Below, in pieces: positions 11,559 through 21,689 of a DNA stretch of 40,672 nt. Each line of letters opens with the position of its first letter. Position 1 is the stretch's first letter. The translations under genes and the position numbers were made by a program. The stretch spans positions 25,689,378 through 25,730,049 of the forward strand of contig NC_068994.1 of the NCBI RefSeq assembly GCF_001194135.2, given 5' to 3'. Below the pieces are notes generated by a model that was not told the DNA's origin, made no database searches, and was given only the letters and a program-made list of their open reading frames with translations. The DNA comes from Octopus bimaculoides. Its lineage: Eukaryota.

Positions 11559-11639
11559 TGCATCACTGAAACAGTTGAGCACAATATACACAGTACTTTC
11601 AGACCTCAGTTTCACTAAGGTGGACAAGTCTTCTCAAGA

Positions 11640-11755
11640 GCCTCATATTGACATCTCAGTTGTTTGTCATCTTTGTGAAGCCCAACATCTTGATATCAGC
11701 CCTCTCCACTTCATCCTACATCTTCCTGGATCTCTTTCTTCCGTGAATTCCATCC
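11640..11755 (-). mobile_element. RTE LINE extreme 3' fragment
   Basis: DGIHGRKRSRKM*DEVERADIKMLG corresponds to the RTE GRGRP.KTW...V..D..L motif. Confidence 0.6.
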
Positions 11756-11924
11756 ATTTTAAGTGATTGGCACTTATTTATAGTTTTCTTCATTTAGGTT
11801 TTAGGATACAACTTCTACTGTGATTGATGGTCTTCTCAAGCACAGCCAATTGCTAATCCTGACTGTCCTTCTCTGAGATTACTCCTTTTCTTGTGTTTTC
11901 CTAGTTTTTTTTTTTTTTTTGTGT

Positions 11925-12188
11925 TGTTGCAAGTTTCATCCACTTAGAGCAATTGGCACTTCTTTATGCAGCTGTCCTCATCCTTATGTATCACAAGACC
12001 ATACCATTGCTTGCACACTACATCTGATTTCTCTTATGCCTAATTTTACTCTTAACACCTTTGTACTTTGTTGTGCATACACACTAATGTTGCACATTCA
12101 TCTTCACATGTCTTCTGCATTCAGGGACCATACCTCACTATCATGTGGTGTAGCTGTTCATACACAAGCATCATTCAATTTGCCTTTC

Positions 12189-12224
<36 letters not shown>

Positions 12225-13110
12225 TTTGTTGTCAACAGCAGTAGTAGATCTGTGAACTTACTCCATTTTATTCATATTCTAGCAACTATAGTTTCAGAAC
12301 ATCTTCCTCCACTACTAATTAGGTCACCTGGGTAACAGAAGCTATTTACAACCTCTTGGGAGCCTCTTCGATATTAAAAAAAAATCTAATTCTTTTGCAC
12401 ATCTGCTATATACAAACACTAGTTTATCTGTTAACCTTCCTGTGATTTCACTGATGTGTCCATAGCTTGCACTGTATGGAATTCATTCCAGCACTTTCCT
12501 ACATGTTGAGCAATGGAAGCAGAGTCCTATCCATTTTCTTGCTAACAACTTAGGTGTTTGCTAGGTAAATCTTAAGGCTTTTTAAATGCAGGTTTTGCTT
12601 TCACTCCTGGAATTTCTTTTCCAAATCTGCTTCAGATTCTGTGATAAGAACAGGGCCATTAGCATATAGTAGTTCCCAAGAGGGGCTAGTCTCTGTTATG
12701 GCTTGGAGAACGATGATGAATAGTAGGTGACTGAGTATCGAGTCCTGGTGAACTCCTACTTGTACATTAAATTCATGTACTCGAGGCTTACTTTCACTCT
12801 ATTGAAGTGTCTTTATACATTGCTTGTATGGCTCAAACAAGTCATTCATCTACTTTTAGCTTCCTTGGAGACCACAAGATCATGGAGCAAGGGTTTCTTT
12901 AGGTCAATGAATGCCAAGTACAATGGTGTACTATTAGCCAGATATTTATCATGTAGTCACCTTACTAAAAATATGGCATCCGTAGTACTCCTTTGTGGCA
13001 CAAAGCCAAATTACATGTCATCTGGTCTTATTCTATTCCTAATCAATTGGGCTGTTAACTTCCCTCTAACTTTTATGACCTGGTTAAAGCAATTTGATAC
13101 ATCTGTACTT
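11925..13110 (-). mobile_element. RTE LINE, RT domain to 3' end, degenerate
   Basis: FGFVPQRSTTDAIFLVR; PLYLAFIDLKK; LLFIIVLQAITE..SWELLYANG (YADD position); EVWSLNAEDM; KLGIREIRC...WYGLV. Confidence 0.88.
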
Positions 13111-13316
13111 ACTGAGATATATGTATATACGTCTATATGAAGGCTCACATCTTAGTGGTTAGGGTATTTGGCTCATGCTCATAAGGCTATGAATTTGGTT
13201 CCTGGCAGTGCATTGTATCCTCCAGGAAGACACTTTATTTTTTGTTGCTCCAATCTACTCAGCTGGCAAAAATGAGTTGTACCTGTCATGCTGAATCTAC
13301 CTCAGAACAACATTAA

Positions 13317-15908
13317 CCCTTTAGTGTTCAGATTAATTTGTCAAATGCAATGCTTATCTGTTCACATTAATTTTGATTTATTCAGGTTCAAGTGGGGTGT
13401 CCACAATATTTGCTTGTAACTTTGTTAATTTTCTACATACAGAATTGAAGTTTTGTAAATGGGTGCTTATATGCCAGTGGTTTATAATTACGTAATTTTA
13501 GCTGATCTTTCTGACTAAATTTGACTTTTATGGGCAGGTAAATTTAATTAACAGGTGTAAAAACAATAACATTTTGAATAAACACTAAAATTCATATACT
13601 TAATACATCTTACCTGTTTGATTTGTTACTAAAATTATCCCAGATGTCAACTGCCAACAATTTTACATTTTTCAAGATGAGGTACATTAATTTGAATTAA
13701 TTAAAATACAGGTGTAATCGGTAAAAGATTTTATTCTTTTTCTATATTTCATTTAAACGTTTTCATTGAAAATAAAGTACAAAACTCTTTTATTAGTCAA
13801 TATACCATTGGCTATGTACTTCTATACAATTTATTGAATTCATTTATGTAACGGAATGCATCTAATAAAAAAGTGTCATTAACAGGTGAGACAAAGGTGA
13901 ATACAGGTGTGTATGTTACATACTGAAAATTAATATGTTTTTCTTAATTTCACATATTATTTATAATAAAGTGAAAAGGAATATACAAAATTATATAGTT
14001 ATGACATATTTCTATCATGAAACTCTCCAAATCACCCTTTACACAAGAGCACTTTGCAAAAGGAACACATATACGAAGTCTCTATCTGATATCCTTTCGC
14101 AGTTTTTCTTTTTTGCAGTGAACACAGTCTGCAAACTTTTTTCCTCCCATTTATTTTTTCGACTTGATGGAAGTCAATATTTTCTCTGTTGACATCCACC
14201 TCAGTTAATTTTGCTCTTCTCCCAGTTCTGTGCTTTCTAGAAGAAAAGCCCTCACATAACTGAGATGCGATGTCAACCTGAAATTTCAAGTGGTAGTAGT
14301 CCTTTCATGGTGGAGGTACCTTGTGACTGTTTACGTATACAATATATGAATTTACTATATTTAAATCAACTAAACACCACAAAATGTACCTCCACTATTT
14401 CTTCCCAGGTCGACCAACTGGGTAATATGCCCAATATTGATTGGATTTATCAACCTCACCCATATATTTGTTATAAGTAATATTCACTAGGGGTCTCCTC
14501 TCAGCACCAACACCAGGTTGTTCATTAGAAGACAGAAATAAAATCTACCTTTTTTCTTTGAAAGCAGTAACAAAAAATTTTCTTTTTGCATCTGTAAAAT
14601 GTCCCCTTGTTTTTTTAATTTTGTTTTAATTTCACAGCGTAAACATTTACAGTTTCTCATAACAATACTGCACGTGTAAGTACTTACACAGGGAAGATTT
14701 TCTGCCAAAGCTACTGAAGAAAAAAAAACGATCAAAATAGAGGTGTTGGTGCTGATGGTGAAGTGGTTCAGTAAGAGACCATACTACATCATGTCCCAAT
14801 CCATATGGTCTGTTTCCATTATATTTTTTACCTGTGTAAACATTGAAGTTTACACAATGTCCAGTCTCTGATTCACAAACTTCTCATACCTTGATCCCCC
14901 ATTTAGTGGGTTTGGCAGGCATGTACTACCGAAAATGTACTCTGCCCTTATAACCTATCATGGTTTCATCTACACAGATTTTTCCCAGGTAGATATACAG
15001 TTTTATAATTATTAACAAGTAAATCAATTACAGTACGTACTTCGTACAGGGGATTGTAGTTTGGGTCGTTTTTGCTGGGGGCATTAGCAAAATCAGTTAA
15101 ATGTAAATACTCAGATATTTTCGAATACCTCGTCTTTGACATTATACTTGAGATATATGGCTCGCCATACCTTATATCAGGTCTCCAGTGGTTATACAGT
15201 CGAGGAAGCTGTTTAACACCAAGCATAATATTAATTGTGAAAAACGTTCTCATTTCCGCAGTATAAGTTGGCTGCCATAGTGGATCGTCTCTTCCACGAA
15301 TAGAAATTAAATGTTGCGCATATTTGTTTGTTTCCTCCGCAACATTTTCAAAAACACTTTCTGGTAAAAACAAAAATAGATAGTCCAATGGTTGAGCGTC
15401 AGGAGGTGTTGTGTTGTGGACCAGTGTTTTCTGTGAAATCAGGAATAGCGATTGGTGTTGTAATCTTTGACCATGTTGCCATGTTTATGATATCATTTTC
15501 ATCACTTTTGTTCTCAAAATCTTCCTCATCCTTTCGCAGTTTTTCACTAATATTGATATCAGATTCATCCGAAGACAAAATACTCTTGTTTTTATATTTT
15601 CTATATCGTCAAGAGTAAAACGTTCAAAGTTGGAATCGCTACTTGCTGATGCCATTTTTTTAACAACTAAGGTACACACTTCTCTTCAAACGTTGAAAAA
15701 ACCATGTGGTCTAAACAATTTCATAAGTATTTATACTTGAATAAAGGCGGGAAAGGCTTCATCTCGCATTATCTCAAAGCTACGAGAATTCAATAACGTG
15801 ATTTGTTTATTTCTTTAGCGATTTCGTAGAGCAGTCGGATACAGCCGGCTTGAACAAATAAAGGGCAATTAATTTTGGCCGGTTACGGCTGATTTGAACA
15901 CTAAAGGG
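13317..15908 (-). mobile_element. Full-length piggyBac transposon (2592 bp)
   Basis: TTAA at 13313-16 and 15909-12. The 14-bp TIR CCCTTTAGTGTTCA is perfect at both ends. A PGBD4-like transposase lies inside on minus. Confidence 0.95.
14005..15653 (-). pseudogene. piggyBac transposase pseudogene (frameshifts and stops)
   Basis: Acidic N-terminus MASASSDSNF. D1 in C(V)DETMIGYKGR (frameshift at ~14970), D2 in HLYFDRFFSS, D3 in YNKYMGEVD. PAKPTKWGIK is present, and the C-terminal Cys-rich domain reads CRLC...CSFCKVLLC. Confidence 0.92.
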
Positions 15909-16027
15909 TTAAGGGTATGTGTGTCTGTGGTGCTCAACCACTTGCACATTAATTTCATGAGCAAGCTGTTCCATTGATTAAGTTAATTGGAACACTGGTT
16001 GTAACTGATGGAGTGTCGGGTCATATA

Positions 16028-17181
16028 TCAGGTTGAGTAAAAGTAAGCAACGTTTTGAACCATGAAGAATTTGTACTGGACAGAGTTTTGAATTCTTTTT
16101 AAACATTTATTTGCAGTTGTCTGATTATATAGACATAGACTTGCCCAAGTACATCAATAAATTAGCATTAATATTTTTTTCACTGTTGTTACAATGATCT
16201 GAAATGGAACTGTCAAAGTGCGATATTCGAGCAATTTTGCTATTTAACTCCAAAAAAGGACGTACAGCAGTTTCAACTGCTCATGATATCAAGGAAAAGA
16301 CCAGTGAATGGTCAGCTCGAAACAAACGATTTCGCAATGGAGACCTGAACCTTGAAGATCGTGAGCATAGTGGATGCCCATCCGTCATTGAGAAAGATCC
16401 GCATAAAACTATTTGAGTACTGGCAAAAGAACATCAAGTTAGAAAACTGCCTGCAACCATTTACATGTGATCAGAAAATGAGAAAATGTGCTGATATGAA
16501 ATTTGCTCATCGCTTCTTTTCCGTAACCAGACCGATCCATTTCTCAACTGTATTGTAACTTGTGATGAAGAGTAGATTCTGTACAATAATAAAAAACATT
16601 CTTTGCAGTGGTTGGACCAAAATGAAGTACTGAAAGTCTTCGCTAAACTTGAAGGTTATGGTATACTGCTGGACTCATCCACTATAATTTATTAAAACCT
16701 GGAAAAACCATTACTACAGAAACATATTGCCATGAAATTGCCAAAATGAATGAAAAACTTCTACCTCTCTGTCCCAGACTGGTCAACAGAAGAGGGCTAG
16801 TCATTTTTCATGACAATGCTTGACCAAACATTTCACTAATGACCTTCTAGAAGTTGAGGGAACTTTGCTACGAAATTCTCCCCCCACCCCATCTTATTCC
16901 CCAGATTTTTCTCCTACTGACTACCACTTTTTCAAGCACCTTGATGGTTTCCTGCAAGAGAAGGAGTTCAAAGATCAAACTGGTGCTGAGAGTATGTTCA
17001 AAGAGTTTATCAGCCCCAGAACTCCAGATTTCTATGTTATCAGAATAAACAAACTTGTAACTTGGCAAAAATGTGTTGATTGTAATGGTACTTACTTTGA
17101 TGAATAAAATTTCTGCATTGTTGAAATATATTGTGATGAATTTCATGTTTCAAAACATTACTTACTTTTTACTCAATCTGA
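16028..17181 (+). mobile_element. mariner (DD34D) transposon, near full length, degenerate
   Basis: TA TSD at 16026-27 / 17182-83. ~37-bp TIR TCAGGTTGAGTAAAAGTAAGCAACGTTTTGAACCATGAA. Motifs MELSKCDIRAILLF, IVTCDE, FHDNA, YSPDFSPTDYHFF, NGTYFDE* (stop at 17107). Confidence 0.93.
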
Positions 17182-17399
17182 TACATACCAATGGTAGGTT
17201 CTTTAATTGCCATATGTGAGGTTGTTTTAGCTTTAATAAAATGGTATAAATTCGTCTCCTTTCTATCTCCTCTCTCTCTCTCTCCCCTGCTGAGGTTGCC
17301 ATGGATGTATCTCCTTTACATCCATTTCTGCCCCCCTATTCATACTCTAACTTTTCATCTAACCTTCAATACTACTTCACCCTCATTTGGGAGGTCTTG

Positions 17400-17590
17400 C
17401 AATTTACTTGTTGACCTTACTGCTGCTGGTGCCACGTAAAAAGCACCCAGTGCACTCTGTTGGCATTAATAACAATATCCAGCCATAGAAACTATGCCAA
17501 AGCAGACTGTAGGGATTGGTGCAGTATTCTGAATTGCCAGCTCCTGTCAAACTGTCCAATCTTCAGAGATGTGAAATGATGATGATGATT
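17400..17590 (+). mobile_element. SINE 3' half with (GAT)n tail
   Basis: GGTGCCACGTAAAAAGCACC...ATCCAGCCATAGAAACTATGCCAAAG...TGATGATGAT; same family as 1-152. Confidence 0.65.
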
Positions 17591-17899
17591 CACACCATAC
17601 CTAGAACCAGCTCTGAGTTGGATCTATGGTTTAAATTGGATTTGATACTTACACATCTACAGTATCTTACCAACACATGATACTTTTATGGTTCTTTTAC
17701 CTCATTATGAATTTTATGTTATTGTACTTAACTATTTCTGGTGTCCTACATGTTGTTGTGCCTATATTTTAATGAATCCTATAACTAATCTATATAATGT
17801 ATGTATGTACCTTTCTGTTTCCAGCTAAAGGCTGTTTTCATGTTGAGACTCTCTCTTTCTCCAGAACTGTTTCTAGTGAAGTAGCAAGTTGGATAGAGC

Positions 17900-18237
17900 T
17901 GCTCTTCTTTGTATTTTTTTTTTTGCCACAGTGTAAGTTCATCTGGTGCCTCAGGTTAAAATTGGTCGAAATGTCGTTTGAAAACAGTGACATTTACATC
18001 TTGCAGATCACAGACGTTGTTTGGCATGGAATTGGAAAGTTGTGGGCTTTACTCTTGGTGGAAAGGATGACATCTTTAGTACTATGCAGTAGCATCCAGC
18101 TTGGTGGTTGGTTAGCTTTCTTTCTCAGAGTTGGGAGCTAGACCTTCTATGATCTTCCATATATGTATATATATATATATAAAGATTGTCATACCGGCCA
18201 TGACGAAGGGAAATAGCCCTGAAACTCGAGTCGCCTT

Positions 18238-18271
<34 letters not shown>

Positions 18272-18480
18272 TATATATTTGATCCTTTATATTGAACACT
18301 CAATATTTCATCTACATTCAATACTTTATTTCATGGTGCCATCCATTTTTATTTTATTTTATATTATATATTGTATATTATATTATATATTGTATATTCC
18401 ATATTCTATACCCCACATTAGTTCTGCAGGAATATAAATAAAACATAAAAAACAGACAGTGTTGGAACTCTTTTAAGCAA

Positions 18481-18512
<32 letters not shown>

Positions 18513-18860
18513 CTTTCGTGTTTTCTCTCTTGGGAATAGAGTCTCAGTTCTTTTAGCCTCTCCCAGAAGCTCTTCTGTTGTACTATGTCAATCTTTGTGT
18601 AGTGGTCACAGTTGGAAATAGTAATGTAAGCAACTGTGAACATGTCTTTCACAGGGGTAGCACAGCATCCTTTTTCCTTGTTCTAAATGATCCCAGAATC
18701 CAACCAGTCATTCATCTACACAATGTTGCTATCTTAGTAATGTGCACATGGAATAATATATCATTGCTCATGTGGATTCTGAGGTCATGCACTGACTTTT
18801 ACTTCAGGATTGCATTACTTTCTGGTCCTGTTTATTCCAGTTGCAATCTGTTTATGGGCC
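17900..18860 (-). mobile_element. CR1-group LINE 3' fragment, interrupted at a (TA)n tract
   Basis: DLRIHMSNDILFHVHITKI...MTGWILGSFRTR; WERLKELRLYSQERKHER; after the insert, YIWKIIEGLAPN and VFKRHFDQF. Confidence 0.8.
18196..18235 (+). ncRNA. Minimal type I hammerhead ribozyme motif with a 1-nt core insertion
   Basis: Stem I GGC/GCC; core C(A)TGACGA; stem II AGGG-AAATAG-CCCT; GAAA; C-TCGA-G with a palindromic loop; GTC cleavage triplet at 18230-32. Confidence 0.7.
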
Positions 18861-18874
18861 TCTAGTAGAATGCT

Positions 18875-18955
18875 TAAAATTCTCAGCATTGTAATAGGAT
18901 TGAACCCAATATCAAATGGTTGTGAACTTCTTAACCACTCAGCTTCGCTTGTGCC
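18875..18955 (-). mobile_element. SINE 5' head fragment next to the exon acceptor
   Basis: The minus strand reads ATAGGCACAAGCGAAGCTGAGTGGTTAAGAAG...GGGTTCAATCC (A and B boxes). Confidence 0.55.
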
Positions 18956-18994
18956 TATTAACCTTGTTATTTTGTCTTAATTGATCTTTTACAG

Positions 18995-19231
18995 GATCTC
19001 CGGTTAAGTGATTACAACTCAAGCAGTGATGAAGGGGATCTTGTTGCAAATGACAACAATGTGATGGGATTCTCATTAGCAACAAAAGACAAGAAACACA
19101 AGCAAGCAACAACAGAAGACCATTCTGCATCAAAGAAGAAGAAAATGTCAAAGAGACAACCAAAAGTGATGATTGAATATGAAACAGAGCTTGAACAACC
19201 TTCAACTTCCAAAGAGAAACTGAAGTATTGA
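18995..19231 (+). CDS. MAK16: Terminal coding exon of a MAK16 (60S biogenesis nucleolar protein) homolog
   Basis: Polypyrimidine tract plus acceptor TTTTACAG ending at 18994, phase 0, open for 78 codons: DLRLSDYNSSSDEGD...KKKKMSKRQPKVMIEYETELEQPSTSKEKLKY*. The acidic SSDE patch, basic NLS-like run and K/R-P-x-V-x-IEYE-x-E motif match the MAK16 C-terminus as I recall it. Confidence 0.78.
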   Translation, partial: DLRLSDYNSSSDEGDLVANDNNVMGFSLATKDKKHKQATTEDHSASKKKKMSKRQPKVMIEYETELEQPSTSKEKLKY

Positions 19232-19417
19232 GGGGTGTATTAGAGAGGGGGTGGACTACAGGAGTTGGATTTGGACAGTCTGTATTTTTGATGAGAGTTC
19301 TGTATGTGTGTTTTGTATGTATGTATGTGTTACGCTTCTACCTCAAGAGTATCAGTGAGGTGTGTGGGAGATGATTTACTGGATTATTTTCATGTAGGAG
19401 TGGGGAAGAATGAGTGA

Positions 19418-19565
19418 AATAAAGTGTGTTAATGTGGTGGGCATAGTTGGAGTGGAGTGTGTAAATGGGGAGGGGAGATAAGGCTGAATGGTGTGAATGA
19501 GAGGAGTTTAAGGGTTGATGCTGAGGTGAGGCAAAGTATGATGTGTAGTTTAAATGAAAAATAAA
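19418..19565 (+). terminator. Candidate polyadenylation signals of the MAK16-like gene
   Basis: AATAAA at 19418-23 and 19560-65, downstream of the stop codon. Confidence 0.4.
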
Positions 19566-20350
19566 ACTTGACTCTTTATCTGATGTTTATCTGTTTTGTT
19601 TAGCTCATGTCTAGCTAGAGTTGAATAATTCTACTTGCTTGAGTCTGGCTGAAAATTGAGTTGCACTCAAATTACTATTCTTACAACTGAGATTTATACT
19701 TGATATTGTCTCACATACATGTACAGAAGCATGTACATACATACATTATACACCATATCAAGAAACAGAAAGAGGGAGACATGTAGAGGTTGGAGCATAA
19801 TGAGGTATCTGTTGGATGTTCAATGTCATCTTGTATGAAAAATGGAGCAGAAGTCAGTGGCTGTGTTTTAAAGTTATCAGTTGATGTATGGAAAAGTGGT
19901 ATAATAAGTGCATATATTTGTCTATCTTTAAAAAAAAAATGTACAAGTAATGCTCACACAAGAATATACATCTTTCTATCTAGTTACAATCTCACCAGGT
20001 CATTGGAAAAATAAATACACAAGAATTTGTGTTATTTCTCTTATTTTTTTTCAGGCACATGCACGTTGCATGTATGGATGAGGAGTGATTCAGGGGTGGC
20101 TATGGTAAGTGGGGTGTGATAATAGATATGACAGGGCATGGAGCGTGATAACAGGTAAGAGATGTGTTAAGAAAGTATAGCAAGGGAGAGCAATGGCTGA
20201 AGGCACAGAAAGGAGATGATTGATGGAAATAATGTGGGTTGTGATGATAATAAGAAATAGAAGTGGTTCCTGGAATGGGGAGGTAACCGAAATGTAATAT
20301 GTGCCTATTCTGTTCTCAGGTTATTGCAGTAGCTGAGTAGTGCCAAAGGT

Positions 20351-21525
20351 GAAGGTGCGTGGCTTAGTGGTTAGGATATCCAACTCACAATTGTAAGATC
20401 GTGAATTCGATTCCCAGGCGCTTTATTTCACGTTGCTCCCGTCCACTTAGCTGGCAAAAATGAGTTGTACCTATCATCCAAAGGGCCAGCTTTGTCACAT
20501 TCTGTGTCACGTTGAATCTCCCTGAGAGCTACGTTAAGGGTATACGAGTGGGTACCCAAAAGTAACCGGAAACGTTCTCTGTAGTTCAGGCTTCTGTCGC
20601 TAGAAGCCACTTGATGCGACCCTCGGGCATCAGTCTGCCGACCGGTATCGTCTCGTTTAGTCCTACTGCCACGTGGTGCGTCTTTGTTTTGCAGTGCTTC
20701 TGCCCTGTCGTCGATTTTTAGGATGGCTGAAACGAAGGGACAGCGTGCTTCCATGAAATTCTGTTTTCTGCAGGGGAAAACGGCGGCCGAAACAATTGCC
20801 ATGCATCAAAAAGCTTACAAGGACGCTGCCATGAGCAAAACATAAGTTTGCAAGTGGTTTCCACGCTTTAGGAATGGTCACTTGTCGCTTGTAGACCAAC
20901 CTCGTTCAGGGTGACCGTCGACTCCCCCGAACGAATGAAAACACGAAAGTTCATGAACTATTCTTGGAGGACCGTGACTCAACAATTGACGAACTTGTTG
21001 AAATGACTGGTGTGTCTTGGAGATCCTGCCAACGAATTTTGAGCAAGGAAGAATTGCGAATTAAAAGAGTAGCAGCAAAATTTGTTCCTCGCTGGCTCAC
21101 GGAAAATAAAAAGCAGTCACGACTGAATGCGTGTCGTGAACTGAAAGAAAAATTGGCAGTTGATCCTGACCTTTTTTTGGAGGTCATCACTGGTGATGAA
21201 AGCTGGTGCTACAAAATTTGTTGATGTGGAAGAGGTGAAAAAACAACGGAGGCGTTAAAAGGCATCACTTCGTAAGTGTTTCAGGACTGCGTCGAATAGA
21301 GGAAAATGCGTCTAGACCGATACATTGCTTCAAATGGAGAATACTTTAAAGGCGATAAAAGTGTAAACATGTAAAAGTAAATAGAATAATAATGTAAAAT
21401 TCCGGTTTCTTTTGGGTACCCCTTCGTACGTGTCTGCGGAGTGCTCAGCCACTTGCTTGTTAATTTCACGAGCAGTCTGTTCTGTTGATCGAATCAACTG
21501 GAACCCTTATCGTAACCGACCGAAT
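20351..21525 (+). mobile_element. tRNA-derived SINE (copy 2), split by a mariner at TA
   Basis: A box TGGCTTAGTGG and B box GAATTCGATTCCC. The body aligns with the copy at 13139-16020. Confidence 0.85.
20545..21426 (+). mobile_element. mariner (irritans-like), 882 bp, internally deleted
   Basis: TA TSD at 20543-44 / 21427-28. 27-bp TIR CGAGTGGGTACCCAAAAGTAACCGGAA with 3 mismatches. ATG at 20723 (MAETKGQRASMKFCF), AAKFVPRWL, VITGDESWCY, then a direct jump to the C-terminal ASNGEYFKGD. Confidence 0.93.
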
Positions 21526-21689
21526 GAGTACCAGTACCATAGACAGAAAAGTGATGACTGTTAGGGATGAGATGTGAGTAAAATGCTTGACAAGGCAGAG
21601 AGAGGGGAGGTGGAAAAGCACCACATCCACAAGCATAACAAAGATGGTTCCAGAAAATATTTGTGTTGTGATGGACGGTCTAAATTAAG

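Larger units (their letters stand above)
13139..16020 (+). mobile_element. tRNA-derived SINE (copy 1), split by the piggyBac at TTAA
   Basis: A box CTTAGTGG, a degenerate B box and CAGCTGGCAAAAATGAGTTGTACCT precede the insertion. The sequence resumes at 15913 and aligns with the copy at 20351-21525. Confidence 0.8.

Noticed and set aside
18939-19212. Minus-strand ORFs 18939-19205 and 19012-19212
   Set aside because: Antisense shadows of the plus-strand MAK16-like exon.
20428-20899. Minus-strand ORFs of 124 and 78 aa
   Set aside because: Antisense to the mariner 5' region and SINE; no recognisable protein.
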